DNA of 64,000 bases from an uncultured Pseudomonadota bacterium (GCA_963843375.1 CAWJKT010000001.1:128001-192000), one strand, 5' to 3'. Positions 42,173-53,196 are shown, counted from the stretch's first letter. Translations and numbers: made by a program. Notes: generated by a model from the sequence alone, not told the origin.

Positions 42173-43064
42173 GGAAAATCCTTGGATATTTTTTGAAACA
42201 AAACAAATTGGTGTAATCTTCGCTGCCGCCCCAAGGACGTTTCAATAATTGGGCCGGTTGAATCGGCTGGACCGACTTTTTCCTCTCGGATATCTCCGAA
42301 AAATTAAATCCTAGCGATTTTATGTTTTTCAAAAAGTCCTGGGGACGGCTTCCGGCAAGTTTAAGGGAAGCGGGCGAGAACTCAGTGACGAGTCTCACTT
42401 CCTTGTTCTTCCGGACAAGACCCTTCATTCCCTCAAGGGCCAGAGCTTCCGCACCCTGGATGTCCATTTTAATGAAATGGATTTTCTTGTCCAAGGGTTT
42501 AAAAAAAACATCCAGCGTAATGGCCTCGATTTCCAGGGATAAGCGACCATCCTTCGAGTCGTAAACACGGTGGTCCCCCCGGTTGGAAGGATTCAAGTAG
42601 AGGCGGATTTTTCCGTTTTTGTTGGAGAGGGCCTTATTTACCAAAATGACGTTGTCGTAGCCGTTGGCTTCCACGTTTCTTTGGAGCAGGCGGAAATTGT
42701 CGGGGTCAGGTTCAAACGCGTAAATCTTGCCCTGGGGTCCCACCAGCCGCGCGGCAAGCAGGGTGTAATAGCCGATATTGGCACCGATATCTAAAACCGT
42801 GTTTCCCGGTTTGATCTCGCTCTTGAAAATATCCGTTTCAACCGGCTCGTAGACCTCATGGGTGGCTAATTCAAGGGTATCCTTGTCATCCAGCCACATC
42901 CGATGGCCTTGGACCATGACCGAACGAGGTTTTAAAAGCCCGAAAAGGAAGAGGTAGAACCATTTGAGGGGCTTAATACGGCCTAATCCCTTGCCTCCAA
43001 TGCCGTGGTAGATTTTTTGGAGCAATGAGAATAGGGGATTACGCAAGATGAGTTCCTTTGCCAA
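42126..43064 (-). CDS. FkbM-family SAM-dependent methyltransferase
   Basis: 'VLDIGANIGYY', 'AFEPDP', 'IKMDIQGAE'. Confidence 0.9.
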   Translation of the reverse strand: MAKELILRNPLFSLLQKIYHGIGGKGLGRIKPLKWFYLFLFGLLKPRSVMVQGHRMWLDDKDTLELATHEVYEPVETDIFKSEIKPGNTVLDIGANIGYYTLLAARLVGPQGKIYAFEPDPDNFRLLQRNVEANGYDNVILVNKALSNKNGKIRLYLNPSNRGDHRVYDSKDGRLSLEIEAITLDVFFKPLDKKIHFIKMDIQGAEALALEGMKGLVRKNKEVRLVTEFSPASLKLAGSRPQDFLKNIKSLGFNFSEISERKKSVQPIQPAQLLKRPWGGSEDYTNLFCFKKYPRIFHALEEPVRPFPWFGK

Positions 43065-45342
43065 GACGGGTTGCGAAAAGAAGACCAGTCAGCGTGACTA
43101 CAAGCCAAATCCCCAATCCAAATTGGATGGGAAGCCACCAGGGCGGCTCGAAATGGAAATCCACTTGGTGTTTCCCGGCGGGAGCATAAACCGCCCTCAA
43201 AAAATGGTCGGCGGTGTAAATCGGGACGGATTGCCCATCGATGAAGGCTTTCCAACCGGGGTACATCACCTCACAAAATACCACCAGGTTGGAGCGGTCC
43301 AGGGTAAGAAAAAAAGACTGGGAATCGATTCCGTCCTTTTCCAGGCGGCATTCAAGCCCGGCCGGCTTGCCGTTTTCCAAAGCATTCGTCCACTGGCTGG
43401 GAAAAGGTTCCGAAAGAACTCCCAATTGGGCCGCGTCAAAGTCGGGATTTTTTAACAGGGTCAAGCGGCGATTAGGATCGGTTTCCGCCACTAATTTTTG
43501 CGGGGCATAGGCGTAGGGTAAGGGTTTTTGATATTCGTAAATGAAATAAGGGGCAAAGGATTCCAGCTTGAAATCGGGTATGGCTCCATTGGCTACACCG
43601 GTTATGATCCCCCGGATCGCGCCCAATTGAACCAAGGGCTGCAGAGGGAGGATGCCGATGTCCTTTTTGGTTTGGAGCATGAGTGGATTGTAACCCCCGA
43701 AATTCTTGATCCTGAGGGCACAGGCATCGTTTTGCGGATAATTCAGGATGTACTTTCGTCCGCCTACTTCAATGGGGTAACCCATAGTGGAATTATAGAA
43801 AATGAGGCGATAGGGATCCAAAGATCGGGTTCCCTCCAACAGGCCTTTTGAATTTTTGGCGAAATCGAAATTAGAAGCAGGCGAGGGCTTGAAGTCATCC
43901 AATCCACTCAAGAACAAGGGGAAGATCACGGCACTCCCCCACACAAGGGATGAAAGTAGTTTCATTTTGGGATTCGTATATGCCGGAATGAAGAGGGCAA
44001 CAGTCCCAAGGGTAAGGCCCAGGATTTCTCTCCAATCCATGGAAGGCCTCAAAAGGGCCACCAAGTACAACAAAAGGGAATAGATCAACGGAATTTTCAG
44101 GCGTTGAAGTATTTCAGCTTTTGGCGGATTCTCGGAAAGTTGTTGTTCAAAACCAAAAGCTGCCAAGGCCGAAGCGGAAAGGACGTAAAGGAAGAGGAAA
44201 CGATAAGGAACCCGGATAATCGAAAGACCGGGCAGGAAAGAGCAAAGGACCCGGTGAAGGGGCGTGTAACGGCCGAAACACAGGAAAAGCGAAAACAAGG
44301 CGAAACCTCCCAAATACCTCACAAGCTTCTTTTCCGGGTGCCAGAAGGCCAAAAAGATAAAGAAGGGAATCCAGATACCCAAGTATCCCAAGTTCGCGGC
44401 CAAATGAGTCTCCTCGTTCGTATTGCCAAACTGGATGGCCTCGGCCATTTCCTTGCCTTCTGGAACGGTGAGACGCGGGAGAAAAAACTGGTAAAGGGTG
44501 AAGGGGTTCAGCGGAAGACGGCTATTGGATTGCTCGTAAGTTTGGCCTGGCGCGCCGCGGTCGGTAAGTTTTGAAAATTCAAAACTCGGAATCAACTGCC
44601 CCACGAGGGGCAAAGCGCCCCAAAGAAGAAAGAATCCCAAAATTAAGAGGGATTTAATTGATAATCGAGCCGCGTCCTTCATTCTCCCGTTCGAGAGTAA
44701 ACGAAAAATAAAATACGCCAGACCAGCGTAAAGGGCTCCCACGGTCACCTGAAAACTGCCGCAAAGAAAAAGCATCGCAAAGGCCAAGCCGCTGAAAAAG
44801 GCGGTTCGAGGCTTGGGGGTTCGGGCTAATAATTCAAGCCGCCAAAATAACCAGGGAAGCCAGGCGAAAGCCGCCAGGACCGGCGGATGGATCAATTCCA
44901 GCCAAAAAAAACCTGAGAAGGCAAACAAAAGGGCGCCGATACGACAGGGTTTTTCGGAAAGACCCATGGATCTAAGCCATAAGTGCATGCCAAATGCGGC
45001 CCAGAGCAAATGAATGAAAAAGAAGAGGCTCAGGCCCATGGGTATGGGAAAAGGGAGGGTCAAGTAATTAAAGGGATATAGCATCATGTTTTGCAGGTCG
45101 GCAAAGAAGGGTTGTCCGCCCAGGGAATAGGGATTCCAGAGGGGGAAATGGCCCTGGGTCAATTGGTCCCGTAAAAAGGCCCTCCAAGGCCCAAATTGAG
45201 CTAAAAGATCGTTGTCGAAATAGGCTTGCCCTTGAAAGAGGCATGGGTAAAAGGCCAAAACCGAAAACAGGAGATAAAGAAAAAAATTTCTTTTGGAAAA
45301 AAAAAGATCCTCTTTATTGTCTTGGCTGAAGTGTTTAAGCAT
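43039..45342 (-). CDS. YfhO-family multi-TM GT-C protein
   Basis: 'YFDNDLLAQFGPWR...GHFPLWNPYSLGGQPFFAD', 'RVPYRF', 'EVMYPGWKA...PAGKHQV'; ATG 45342 overlaps the end of the upstream gene. Confidence 0.8.
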   Translation of the reverse strand: MLKHFSQDNKEDLFFSKRNFFLYLLFSVLAFYPCLFQGQAYFDNDLLAQFGPWRAFLRDQLTQGHFPLWNPYSLGGQPFFADLQNMMLYPFNYLTLPFPIPMGLSLFFFIHLLWAAFGMHLWLRSMGLSEKPCRIGALLFAFSGFFWLELIHPPVLAAFAWLPWLFWRLELLARTPKPRTAFFSGLAFAMLFLCGSFQVTVGALYAGLAYFIFRLLSNGRMKDAARLSIKSLLILGFFLLWGALPLVGQLIPSFEFSKLTDRGAPGQTYEQSNSRLPLNPFTLYQFFLPRLTVPEGKEMAEAIQFGNTNEETHLAANLGYLGIWIPFFIFLAFWHPEKKLVRYLGGFALFSLFLCFGRYTPLHRVLCSFLPGLSIIRVPYRFLFLYVLSASALAAFGFEQQLSENPPKAEILQRLKIPLIYSLLLYLVALLRPSMDWREILGLTLGTVALFIPAYTNPKMKLLSSLVWGSAVIFPLFLSGLDDFKPSPASNFDFAKNSKGLLEGTRSLDPYRLIFYNSTMGYPIEVGGRKYILNYPQNDACALRIKNFGGYNPLMLQTKKDIGILPLQPLVQLGAIRGIITGVANGAIPDFKLESFAPYFIYEYQKPLPYAYAPQKLVAETDPNRRLTLLKNPDFDAAQLGVLSEPFPSQWTNALENGKPAGLECRLEKDGIDSQSFFLTLDRSNLVVFCEVMYPGWKAFIDGQSVPIYTADHFLRAVYAPAGKHQVDFHFEPPWWLPIQFGLGIWLVVTLTGLLFATRLGKGTHLA

Positions 45343-47638
45343 TTGGGGCGGGTTTGGCCGGATTGGCCTTGGATCGCCATGAATAAAAAGCGTAACCCAG
45401 CGCTGAGACCACCCAGAGGATAAAACCGATGAGGAGGGGTTGGGCCCAGGCGGGTTCATATCGAAATTCGGCTAAGTGCTCTCCGGCCGGAATGAATAAT
45501 GTGCGAAAGGTTGAATTGCCCGTGAAAATTTCAGAAGGTGTCCCATCCACTTGCGCTTTCCAGCCCGGAAACATGACTTCCGAAAAAACCACCCAACTAT
45601 CACGATCCAGCCGGATACGGAACGATTCATCGTTCATGTCATCTTTCACCCAGTCATATTGGAGGGTGGCTTTTTGACCCGTTAGTCGGGCCGTAATGGC
45701 GGGAGGAGGCGGTTCGGAAAAAAACACCTGGTTCATCGGATCAAAATCCGGGCTTTTCATTTCTCCTATCATAGCCTGATCATCTGGAATGACCTTCCAT
45801 AGGTAAGGGGCTGTGATAAAATCCGCAGGGTTCTCCACGCCGTAATAATGAACCTCTCCCATGGTTTGGTGATTGAAGCCCTTCATCTCACCCGCATCCC
45901 GGCCTAGTAGAAAACCTTTAATCGCCATCAGCCTTATAAAGTTTTGTAGGGGAAGGGATTTGATGGCCATGGGCTTGAGGAGATAGATTGGGTTGTAACC
46001 AGCGCTATCCCGGATTCCGAATTCCATGGGGGCGTCCTGGGGAAAAGTCCAAAGGTAATGGGCGTTTCCCATTTGGACTGGATAGCGCAGGCTTTGGTCA
46101 AAATAGAATCGCCCTCCCTTTGAATTTTCCTTGAGATAGGTGAAGGCGGGGAAGTTTTCCTCATAATTAAAATTGGAAGCCGGCCCCCAGCTGAAATCGG
46201 ACCATCCGGAGAGAAAAAGCGGGACGAACAAAGCGGTCCAAAAAATCCATTTACCCAACTTTTTCCAGGATTCGGTCAGTCCCCAAAGGGCTAATCCTGA
46301 AGCGCCAAGGACCAAGGCAAGTAATTCCCTCGCAGTGGCCGTTGCCTGGAAACATCCAATAATCAAAAGGGCGAAAGCGTAAATCGCGCCACCAATGACC
46401 CAGGGACGAGTCCGATTTTTTTCCTCGGCGGCCTTTTCAAAGGATTGGTAGCCATAGGCCGCCAAGACGCAGGCGAACCCCACGTAACTGGCCAGTATCC
46501 GGAAAGGGACGCGGCTTAGATTAATGGTCGGTAGAACAACACATAAGAGTTTATGGAGGGGGAAATAACGTCCCCAGGCAGTGAGTACGCAAAGAAGGCA
46601 AAAGATAACCGAGAAATAAAAAAGTTTTTTTTCCTTGCGATAGAAAGCGAGGAAAGCCAGGAAAGGAAACCAAATTCCGACGTAGCCGTATATTCCGTAA
46701 TAGGCATTGTCGATATTTTTGGGGTCGGTTATTTGCTGGACATCCATCTCGATGGTATCGCCCGGTGGGACACCCAAAGTCGGGAAAAGAAACTCGTAGG
46801 TGCTCCCGGGGCGCATGGAGAACTGGGCGTTGAAATTCTCATAGGTTTGGTTCGAACTTTCCCGGTTGGAATATTTTGAAAATTCATAAGCGGGAATCAA
46901 ATGGATAAAGAGGAAAAGACTGCCCCATAGGCCAAAAACCAGGATGAGGGCCGCTCTTCCCCAGGTGAGAGGCTGTGGAGGGGGTGAAGAACTTTCAGGC
47001 GGGGCCGGGGTGAAGAAGCGGAAAATAAAATAAAAAATTCCCGTGTAGAGGAAATAACTGGTCATTTGGAAGTTCCCGCAGACAAAAATCAAGGCGAAGA
47101 ACAGGCCGGCAATGAAAGCCCGCCGCGGGGACCGTTCCCGCACTAAGTTCTCAAGCCCCCCCATCCACCAAGGAAACCAGGCGAAGGTCGCCAAGATAGG
47201 CGGGTGGATAACCTCCCACCAGAAAAAGCCTGAGAGGCAAAAAAGAAGCGCCCCCACACGGGAAGCATTTTCGGATAGCCGCAGGGATCTCAACCAGCCA
47301 TGCATTCCCCAGGCTGCCAGGAACATATGCAGAAAAAAGAAAACACTCAAGCCGTAAGGGATGGGGAAAAGTAAAGTGGGGTAAATCAAAGGATATCCCA
47401 TCATCACGTTAGGATCGGCGAAAAAGGGCTGGCCCCCAAAAAAATAGGGGTTCCAAAGGGGGAAGTGGCCCGCAGCCAGCTGGCTTTTCAACAGGGCCCG
47501 GAAATGACTGTATTGGTTAATCAGGTCATTGGCGAAATAGGATTTACCCAGGATAAGGCAGTGAAAGAAGGCGACAAAAGAAACGGCCAGGTAAAGGCCC
47601 AGGGACCAAGCTGTTTTCCGGCCGGGAGTTGATTCCAT
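45335..47638 (-). CDS. YfhO-family multi-TM GT-C protein
   Basis: 'YFANDLINQY...GHFPLWNPYFFGGQPFFADP', 'RVPFRI', 'SEVMFPGWKA...PAGEH'; TGATG coupling to the upstream gene. Confidence 0.8.
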   Translation of the reverse strand: MESTPGRKTAWSLGLYLAVSFVAFFHCLILGKSYFANDLINQYSHFRALLKSQLAAGHFPLWNPYFFGGQPFFADPNVMMGYPLIYPTLLFPIPYGLSVFFFLHMFLAAWGMHGWLRSLRLSENASRVGALLFCLSGFFWWEVIHPPILATFAWFPWWMGGLENLVRERSPRRAFIAGLFFALIFVCGNFQMTSYFLYTGIFYFIFRFFTPAPPESSSPPPQPLTWGRAALILVFGLWGSLFLFIHLIPAYEFSKYSNRESSNQTYENFNAQFSMRPGSTYEFLFPTLGVPPGDTIEMDVQQITDPKNIDNAYYGIYGYVGIWFPFLAFLAFYRKEKKLFYFSVIFCLLCVLTAWGRYFPLHKLLCVVLPTINLSRVPFRILASYVGFACVLAAYGYQSFEKAAEEKNRTRPWVIGGAIYAFALLIIGCFQATATARELLALVLGASGLALWGLTESWKKLGKWIFWTALFVPLFLSGWSDFSWGPASNFNYEENFPAFTYLKENSKGGRFYFDQSLRYPVQMGNAHYLWTFPQDAPMEFGIRDSAGYNPIYLLKPMAIKSLPLQNFIRLMAIKGFLLGRDAGEMKGFNHQTMGEVHYYGVENPADFITAPYLWKVIPDDQAMIGEMKSPDFDPMNQVFFSEPPPPAITARLTGQKATLQYDWVKDDMNDESFRIRLDRDSWVVFSEVMFPGWKAQVDGTPSEIFTGNSTFRTLFIPAGEHLAEFRYEPAWAQPLLIGFILWVVSALGYAFYSWRSKANPAKPAPNA

Positions 47639-49923
47639 CAAAGGGATCCGCCTTTCGGAGTTTTTTGCCTCGCCCAAAAAAAGCCGTAGACTAAAAGGGA
47701 TAAGAGCCACAATCTCGCACCCGCAATGATAGGTTTAAACCAAACGGGTTGGTAGCGAAATTCCACTACGTGTTCCCCTGCCGGCATCCAAAGGGACCGG
47801 AGGGCATGATCGGCGGTCAAAAGGGCGGCCGGTTGGCCGTCGATCCAGGCTTTCCAGCCCGGGAAAAAGATTTCGGAAAAAACCATCAGGTTTTTTCGAT
47901 TGAGTTGGATTTTATAAGACTGATCATCGGGATCGTCCCGAAGAATCGAAAAGCGCAAGGTGGCCGGGGAGCCGGGCGGCGATGGGATGAAGCCATCTGG
48001 AATGGGCCCGGTCAAAAGCGTCGACTGGAAAGGATCGAAATCGGGTTGCTTGAGTCCCGCCAGATCTTCTTCCTGGTTCTGGACAAACCGGATTTGGGAC
48101 GGGACGAAGAGGTAAGGCGGCGGTGTTTTTGATTCATAAAGGTCGCAGTTGCTGAAAGGGATATGCAGGTATCCTTCGGGGGCGGCGACTTCATGGCCGA
48201 ACAACAAACCCTTGACGGCCATTAATTTAAAAAATGTTTTTATCGGAACTTCCCGCAGGTCCGCGGCTTTTTGAAGATAAATTCCGTCGTAACCGCCCGA
48301 AGACCGAGTGCCCAAGGCCATCACGGCGTCTTCCGGAAAGAAACAACGAAATGAAGAAGTTAGGGATCGAGCGGGGTAGGAAAGGCTGGGGTCAAAATAA
48401 TAACGGCCCAAAACGTTATTTTGTCTCAAAAGGGAAAAAGCTGGAAAGTTCTTTTCCAGGTCAAAGTTGGAAGCGGGGCCCAAGCTGTAGGAAGACCAGC
48501 CTGCGGCAAAGAGAGACACCAAAACGGAGGCTAGGAAGGAAACCCTGCCCATTTTTTTCCACTGGTGGTTTTGGGCCCAGAGTAAAAGGCCCCCCATGCC
48601 CAGAACCAAAGGGAGTATTTCAGCCCAAGCTTGCCGAGGATTCCTCATGGCAACCATCAACAGGACCAGTGAATAAATTCCGGCGGCTGGGACAATAAAC
48701 CGGTCTTGTTTTTCTCCATTCAACCTTTTTTCGAGTGTATCAAACCCCAAAGCACCCAGAGCGCAGGCGGAAATCACGTAAATGGCCAGAAACCGGTAAG
48801 GCGCCCGGCTTAAAGCTATGCCCGGCATGAAGAGACATTCAAGACGGTGAAGGGGTAAATAGCGGCCACAAGCGCTCAAGAGTCCGCTTAGGGACAGGCT
48901 TCCGAGGAAATAAAACCATTTTTTTTCCCGGCTATGGAAATAGGCCAGGCCCATCAAGAACGGCGCCCAAATTCCGATATAGCCTAAGGCCCCGAAAAAG
49001 TTGTTCTCCTGATCCATCTTGTCGTCAAAACTTTGAATCGCAATCTCAAGGGCGGTGTCTTGCGGAACATTCAGGGATGGGAAGAAAAATTGTAATATCG
49101 AAAGGGGCTTCATTGAAGCTGCGGCGTTTAGATGATCGTAGGTAAGCGAACCTTGTCCACGGTTGGAGGCCCGGAAATATTCGAGGGTTGGAATGAAATG
49201 GACCAAAAGGGGAAGACTTCCCCAGGCGGCGAAAAGGAAGAGGAAAAGGGTTCTTCCCCAGCCCCGGTTCCTTTCCGGTCCCTCCATGCCACCGCGATAA
49301 ATGAAGTAACGAAACAGGAAATAGGCCGTCCCGGCGTAAAAAACGTAGGTCGCCATCTGGAAATGGCCGCAACAAAAAATCGAGGCGAAACAAAGTCCCG
49401 TCAGGAAAGCCCACTTCGGTTGAAAGGATTCCAGCCACTTTTCCAGACAAAGGAGGAACCAGGGCATCCAGGAAAAGACCGCCAGGATATTGGGATGGAT
49501 CAGTTCCCACCAAAAAAATCCCGAGAGGGCGAAGGATAGGGCACCAACCCGACAAGCGATCCCTCCCCGGCCGATTTTTTCCAGCCAAAGATGCATGCCC
49601 AATCCGGCCCAAGCCATATGCAGAAAGAAAAACAAGGAAAGGCCAACGGGGATGGAAAAGGGGAGGGTCAGGTAGGTCAGCGGATAACACATCATCGCGT
49701 TGGGATCGGCGAAGAAAGGTTGACCACCGATGATATAGGGGTTCCAAAGGGGGAAATGGCCCTGCGACAACTGGTTCTTGAGGAAGGCTCTAAAAGGACC
49801 GTAGGCGCTCATCAAATCATTGTCGAAATAGGCGTAATCCAGGACAAGGCAGGGGAAAAAAGCCAAGAATGAGATAAAGGAATAAAAACCCAAAGAGCCA
49901 AGGAGTTTTGAGGGGGCAGCCAT
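47638..49923 (-). CDS. YfhO-family multi-TM GT-C protein
   Basis: 'YFDNDLMSAYGPF...GHFPLWNPYIIGGQPFFADP', 'RAPYRF', 'SEIFFPGWKA...PAGEH'. Confidence 0.8.
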   Translation of the reverse strand: MAAPSKLLGSLGFYSFISFLAFFPCLVLDYAYFDNDLMSAYGPFRAFLKNQLSQGHFPLWNPYIIGGQPFFADPNAMMCYPLTYLTLPFSIPVGLSLFFFLHMAWAGLGMHLWLEKIGRGGIACRVGALSFALSGFFWWELIHPNILAVFSWMPWFLLCLEKWLESFQPKWAFLTGLCFASIFCCGHFQMATYVFYAGTAYFLFRYFIYRGGMEGPERNRGWGRTLFLFLFAAWGSLPLLVHFIPTLEYFRASNRGQGSLTYDHLNAAASMKPLSILQFFFPSLNVPQDTALEIAIQSFDDKMDQENNFFGALGYIGIWAPFLMGLAYFHSREKKWFYFLGSLSLSGLLSACGRYLPLHRLECLFMPGIALSRAPYRFLAIYVISACALGALGFDTLEKRLNGEKQDRFIVPAAGIYSLVLLMVAMRNPRQAWAEILPLVLGMGGLLLWAQNHQWKKMGRVSFLASVLVSLFAAGWSSYSLGPASNFDLEKNFPAFSLLRQNNVLGRYYFDPSLSYPARSLTSSFRCFFPEDAVMALGTRSSGGYDGIYLQKAADLREVPIKTFFKLMAVKGLLFGHEVAAPEGYLHIPFSNCDLYESKTPPPYLFVPSQIRFVQNQEEDLAGLKQPDFDPFQSTLLTGPIPDGFIPSPPGSPATLRFSILRDDPDDQSYKIQLNRKNLMVFSEIFFPGWKAWIDGQPAALLTADHALRSLWMPAGEHVVEFRYQPVWFKPIIAGARLWLLSLLVYGFFWARQKTPKGGSL

Positions 49924-50969
49924 TAACGGTGAGTCTTCCCCCGCTTCTTGGGTTTGACGGGGGACAAGCGGTAACGGCTTCCTTGGGGTATGACTTTAAA
50001 AATGTGGACCGGGTCATTGGAGGGTTTGGGCAGGGAGGTTACGAGACCGGTAAAAAGGCCGATGCCGTAGGAAAATTGCCGGAAAAAAATCAACAGCGGT
50101 ACACCCAGGAAATCCAATGGTCGGCGAAACCAGGAAACTACGGAAATACCTGTGCCAACCGACAGGGCGATGAAAAGGTAAAGAGGTAGGTGCCAAGGGG
50201 TGGAATCGATCCATCCGGCCCAGGCATGGGTTACGGGCGGGAAAAACATGGGCAGGAAAAGCGAAAGAACATAGAGAACGAAACCAAAAGGCACCATGTG
50301 GACCAGGTCGGAAAGGCAGGGGTATACCTTCATTTGGCGGGCCCGGCCCCGGCCGTACCGGAAGGCCTGCCAGCAGAAATCCCGGATGTTTTTCCGCCGG
50401 GGCCGGTAAACAGCGGCGGCGGGGTCGTAAATCAACTGGTAGCCGGAATGCAGGAGGCGATTCAAGAACTCATTTTCCTCGTTCGGATAGAGGTTGGGGC
50501 GGAATCCCCTAACTTCCCGGAAGATCTCCCGGCGCACCATCATGTTGCAGAGGATCAGGTCTTTCTCGGTGGCTTCCTTGACGGATCCGATGGAAGCGTA
50601 ACGGTTTCGTACCTTAAAGCTTCCCATCCAGGAAGCCAGCACAGCGCTGACGGTCTGCTCAAAATTCGTGGCATCGGGATAGGGCAAATTGGGTCCTCCC
50701 GCGGCGGCGGTCCGTTCTCCCCCGAATTGGAGGGCCAAACGGTAAACGGTACCGGGAATCACGGAGCTGTCCTCGTCCAGGAAATAAACCAGGGGGCTTG
50801 TGCAAAGTTCCAGCCCCAGATTGCGCTGAAGGGAAGGGTTCTTCCCCACACAAACGAAAATTTCCCGTGGTTTCTCATGGGCGGGCAATTTTAAAAGGGC
50901 GTCTACCGACTTGATGGTTTTTTCGGGCCGATCGATGGGGATAACGACGCTGTAATTAGGACGGTTCAT
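49923..50969 (-). CDS. Glycosyltransferase family 2 with C-terminal TM helices
   Basis: 'SVVIP', 'QRNLG', DXD motif 'YFLDED', 'NEENEF', 'QAFRYGRGR'. Confidence 0.85.
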   Translation of the reverse strand: MNRPNYSVVIPIDRPEKTIKSVDALLKLPAHEKPREIFVCVGKNPSLQRNLGLELCTSPLVYFLDEDSSVIPGTVYRLALQFGGERTAAAGGPNLPYPDATNFEQTVSAVLASWMGSFKVRNRYASIGSVKEATEKDLILCNMMVRREIFREVRGFRPNLYPNEENEFLNRLLHSGYQLIYDPAAAVYRPRRKNIRDFCWQAFRYGRGRARQMKVYPCLSDLVHMVPFGFVLYVLSLFLPMFFPPVTHAWAGWIDSTPWHLPLYLFIALSVGTGISVVSWFRRPLDFLGVPLLIFFRQFSYGIGLFTGLVTSLPKPSNDPVHIFKVIPQGSRYRLSPVKPKKRGKTHR

Positions 50970-51931
50970 GGGACCGGGACTCTTGGGGAAGCATTTGGGC
51001 GGCAGCGGGGATGCCCAGCAGGGCGGTAAAAACCGGACCGCCGACGGCCATCAATATGGAGAAGACCACCAAGTCCTCGTGGCGAAGGTTGTTAGTAGTG
51101 AAGAGCATGAATAAGGCTGTCTCCCTTGGTCCGAATCCTAAAATGGAAATCGGCAGTAATTCTACCACGACCATCAAGGGGGCCAATAAAACGAATTTCA
51201 GGTAAGACAAAGGCAGGCCCAGGGCCATAGCCAGCAAATAAGACCGGACAATGGCCGTTTCCCAAGCCAGAAAAGACAGGACGAAGGGGCCGAAAATTTT
51301 AAACGAGGGGATCAGTAACATATGAAGGCTCTCATAAAATTCCTTGCCGTGGTGGGAAAGCTGACCCTCCAGTTTTTTCGACAAAAGGCCAGGCCACGAG
51401 CGGTTTCAATAAGAATTTCATCCAACGGGGGTTGACGAGAGCCAGGATCAGGAGCATCCCGCTCAGCATTCCAATGAAGGTGCCGAAGGCCGGGCCTCCT
51501 TGGGCAAATTCGGAGATGTAGGAAACCAGCGCGATGACGGCCAAAAGAACGATGGAAGCAAGGTCATAGATCCTATCCGCCGCATGTACCCCCAATGCGG
51601 TGGGCATGGGTATTTTGCCAAAACGGTTCAAAAGAACGATGCGGGACACATCCCCCAGTTTACCGGGGGTAACCGCTGCCAGGGGCTGGCCGGAGAGAAA
51701 GGCCAATATGGAATGTTTCACCGAAATGTGCGATTTGGCTTTGGCCACGAAGGACCGCAGCCGCAGAGACTTGAATAAAATTTCAGGCATCCCGACCAGG
51801 ATGGCCAGGAAAAAGAGGCCGAGGTTTAGTTGCTTGAGCCGGTCCCAGGAGGCTTGCAGGTTTAAGGTCGAAACAAGATAAGCGAAAAGAGCGAGGCCGA
51901 TGAGGAAGGCGAAGGGTCTAAGACGGCTCAT
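50956..51931 (-). CDS. Flippase-like membrane protein (LPG synthase TM / UPF0104), one apparent frameshift near 51385
   Basis: 'TPGKLGDVSR', 'DRIYDL' in the first ORF and 'LPISILGFGPRE' in the second. Confidence 0.75.
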
Positions 51932-53013
51932 GGAGAAGATAGTTTCCTTTCCAGTGGTTCCACACAGCTTGTCCAGTCCCATCTTTTTACCAGCAAAGCA
52001 ACCCCTTGGGGGGATTTTTTGGCTTTCAGCGCCTTCAATATCTCTTTCGCGAAGGCGGCCGGGTTGGGCTCGGAAAGGTAAAGACTCTTTTTCAATTGGG
52101 CCGCCTCACCAACATTCGTCGCCACCACTTTTAAACCGCAAGCGAGGGCTTCTCGTAATTTCATCGAGGACCTTTGACGGTTCACGAGGCTGTCGCGGTA
52201 ATAAACCAGCGCGGCATCCGCCAAGCCCAAACAGGCCGCGACCTGGTAGGGCGTCAGCATGCCGGTAAAGTGAACCGATTCAGAAATGCCCAAATGCTCT
52301 GCGATTTTTTTAAAGTGAGCTTCATCGGGGCCGCCCCCGGCCACCAAGAGACGGGCCTTGGGGAGGGAAACCAAAACCGATTTAAAGGACTCCAGAACCG
52401 GTTCCAAGTCGCAAGCGACATTGAGATGGGCGGTGAAAATCAGAAGTGGGTTTTTCACTTTAGGAAGATCCATGACGGTTTGGGGAAGTTGGGATGGGTC
52501 GGGGCGGCCAGGCTTGAAGAGGCTTGTATCGACGCCCTGAAGAAGTTGAACTTGCCTGGAAAAAGGCACCCTAAAAACTCGCGAGAGGGGTTCCTTTAGC
52601 CGGGGGTTATGGTAGGTGGCCCAATCGGCCCAGGCGGGCCAAGGTTTTTGGAGCCACTGGTGGAAATTCCGGAAAAGCCCGTGGCTGTATTCGTAATCCA
52701 GATCATCCACGTCAATTACCACTTTGGCGCCTTTGAGACGTTGCAGCCAGAGGGCCGGGACCGCCATGGGATAGGGTTTGATCACTAGGGCGGCGTCAAA
52801 ACGAGAGAACAGGGATAAGAGGAAGTAATAAGGCATTGAAAGAACCATGTCGAACCAAAGGGGGAGGGAAGGAATGGGTTTGACGTAAACCGCCTGGTGG
52901 CCACGCTTTAGGAAGGCTTCGGCGATATAAAAGGCCCGCAGGGCGCATCCCGTACCTCCGCCTTTGGCGGAGAAAACCAGGATTTTAAGGGGTTTGGTGA
53001 CTGGGAGTTTCAT
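51928..53013 (-). CDS. Glycosyltransferase family 4 (GT-B)
   Basis: 'IDVDDL', 'GVDTSLF', 'LLVAGGG', 'MKLREALACGLKVVATNVGE', 'WDW'. Confidence 0.85.
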   Translation of the reverse strand: MKLPVTKPLKILVFSAKGGGTGCALRAFYIAEAFLKRGHQAVYVKPIPSLPLWFDMVLSMPYYFLLSLFSRFDAALVIKPYPMAVPALWLQRLKGAKVVIDVDDLDYEYSHGLFRNFHQWLQKPWPAWADWATYHNPRLKEPLSRVFRVPFSRQVQLLQGVDTSLFKPGRPDPSQLPQTVMDLPKVKNPLLIFTAHLNVACDLEPVLESFKSVLVSLPKARLLVAGGGPDEAHFKKIAEHLGISESVHFTGMLTPYQVAACLGLADAALVYYRDSLVNRQRSSMKLREALACGLKVVATNVGEAAQLKKSLYLSEPNPAAFAKEILKALKAKKSPQGVALLVKRWDWTSCVEPLERKLSSP

Positions 53014-53196
53014 AGTTAGGGAAAGATTGTAAGGTTCGAAAGAGGACGGGGCCACCTTGAAATTTTGCGGGAAAGGCTGGTTTTATTAACTTTTTATGTC
53101 ATCCGGGAAGATTTTTGGGGGTTGAGCCGGATATCGAAGCCCTGAGGGAAATGCATCTCGACTGGTGGAATGGTAACCGTTAAGATTTGGTTCGGC

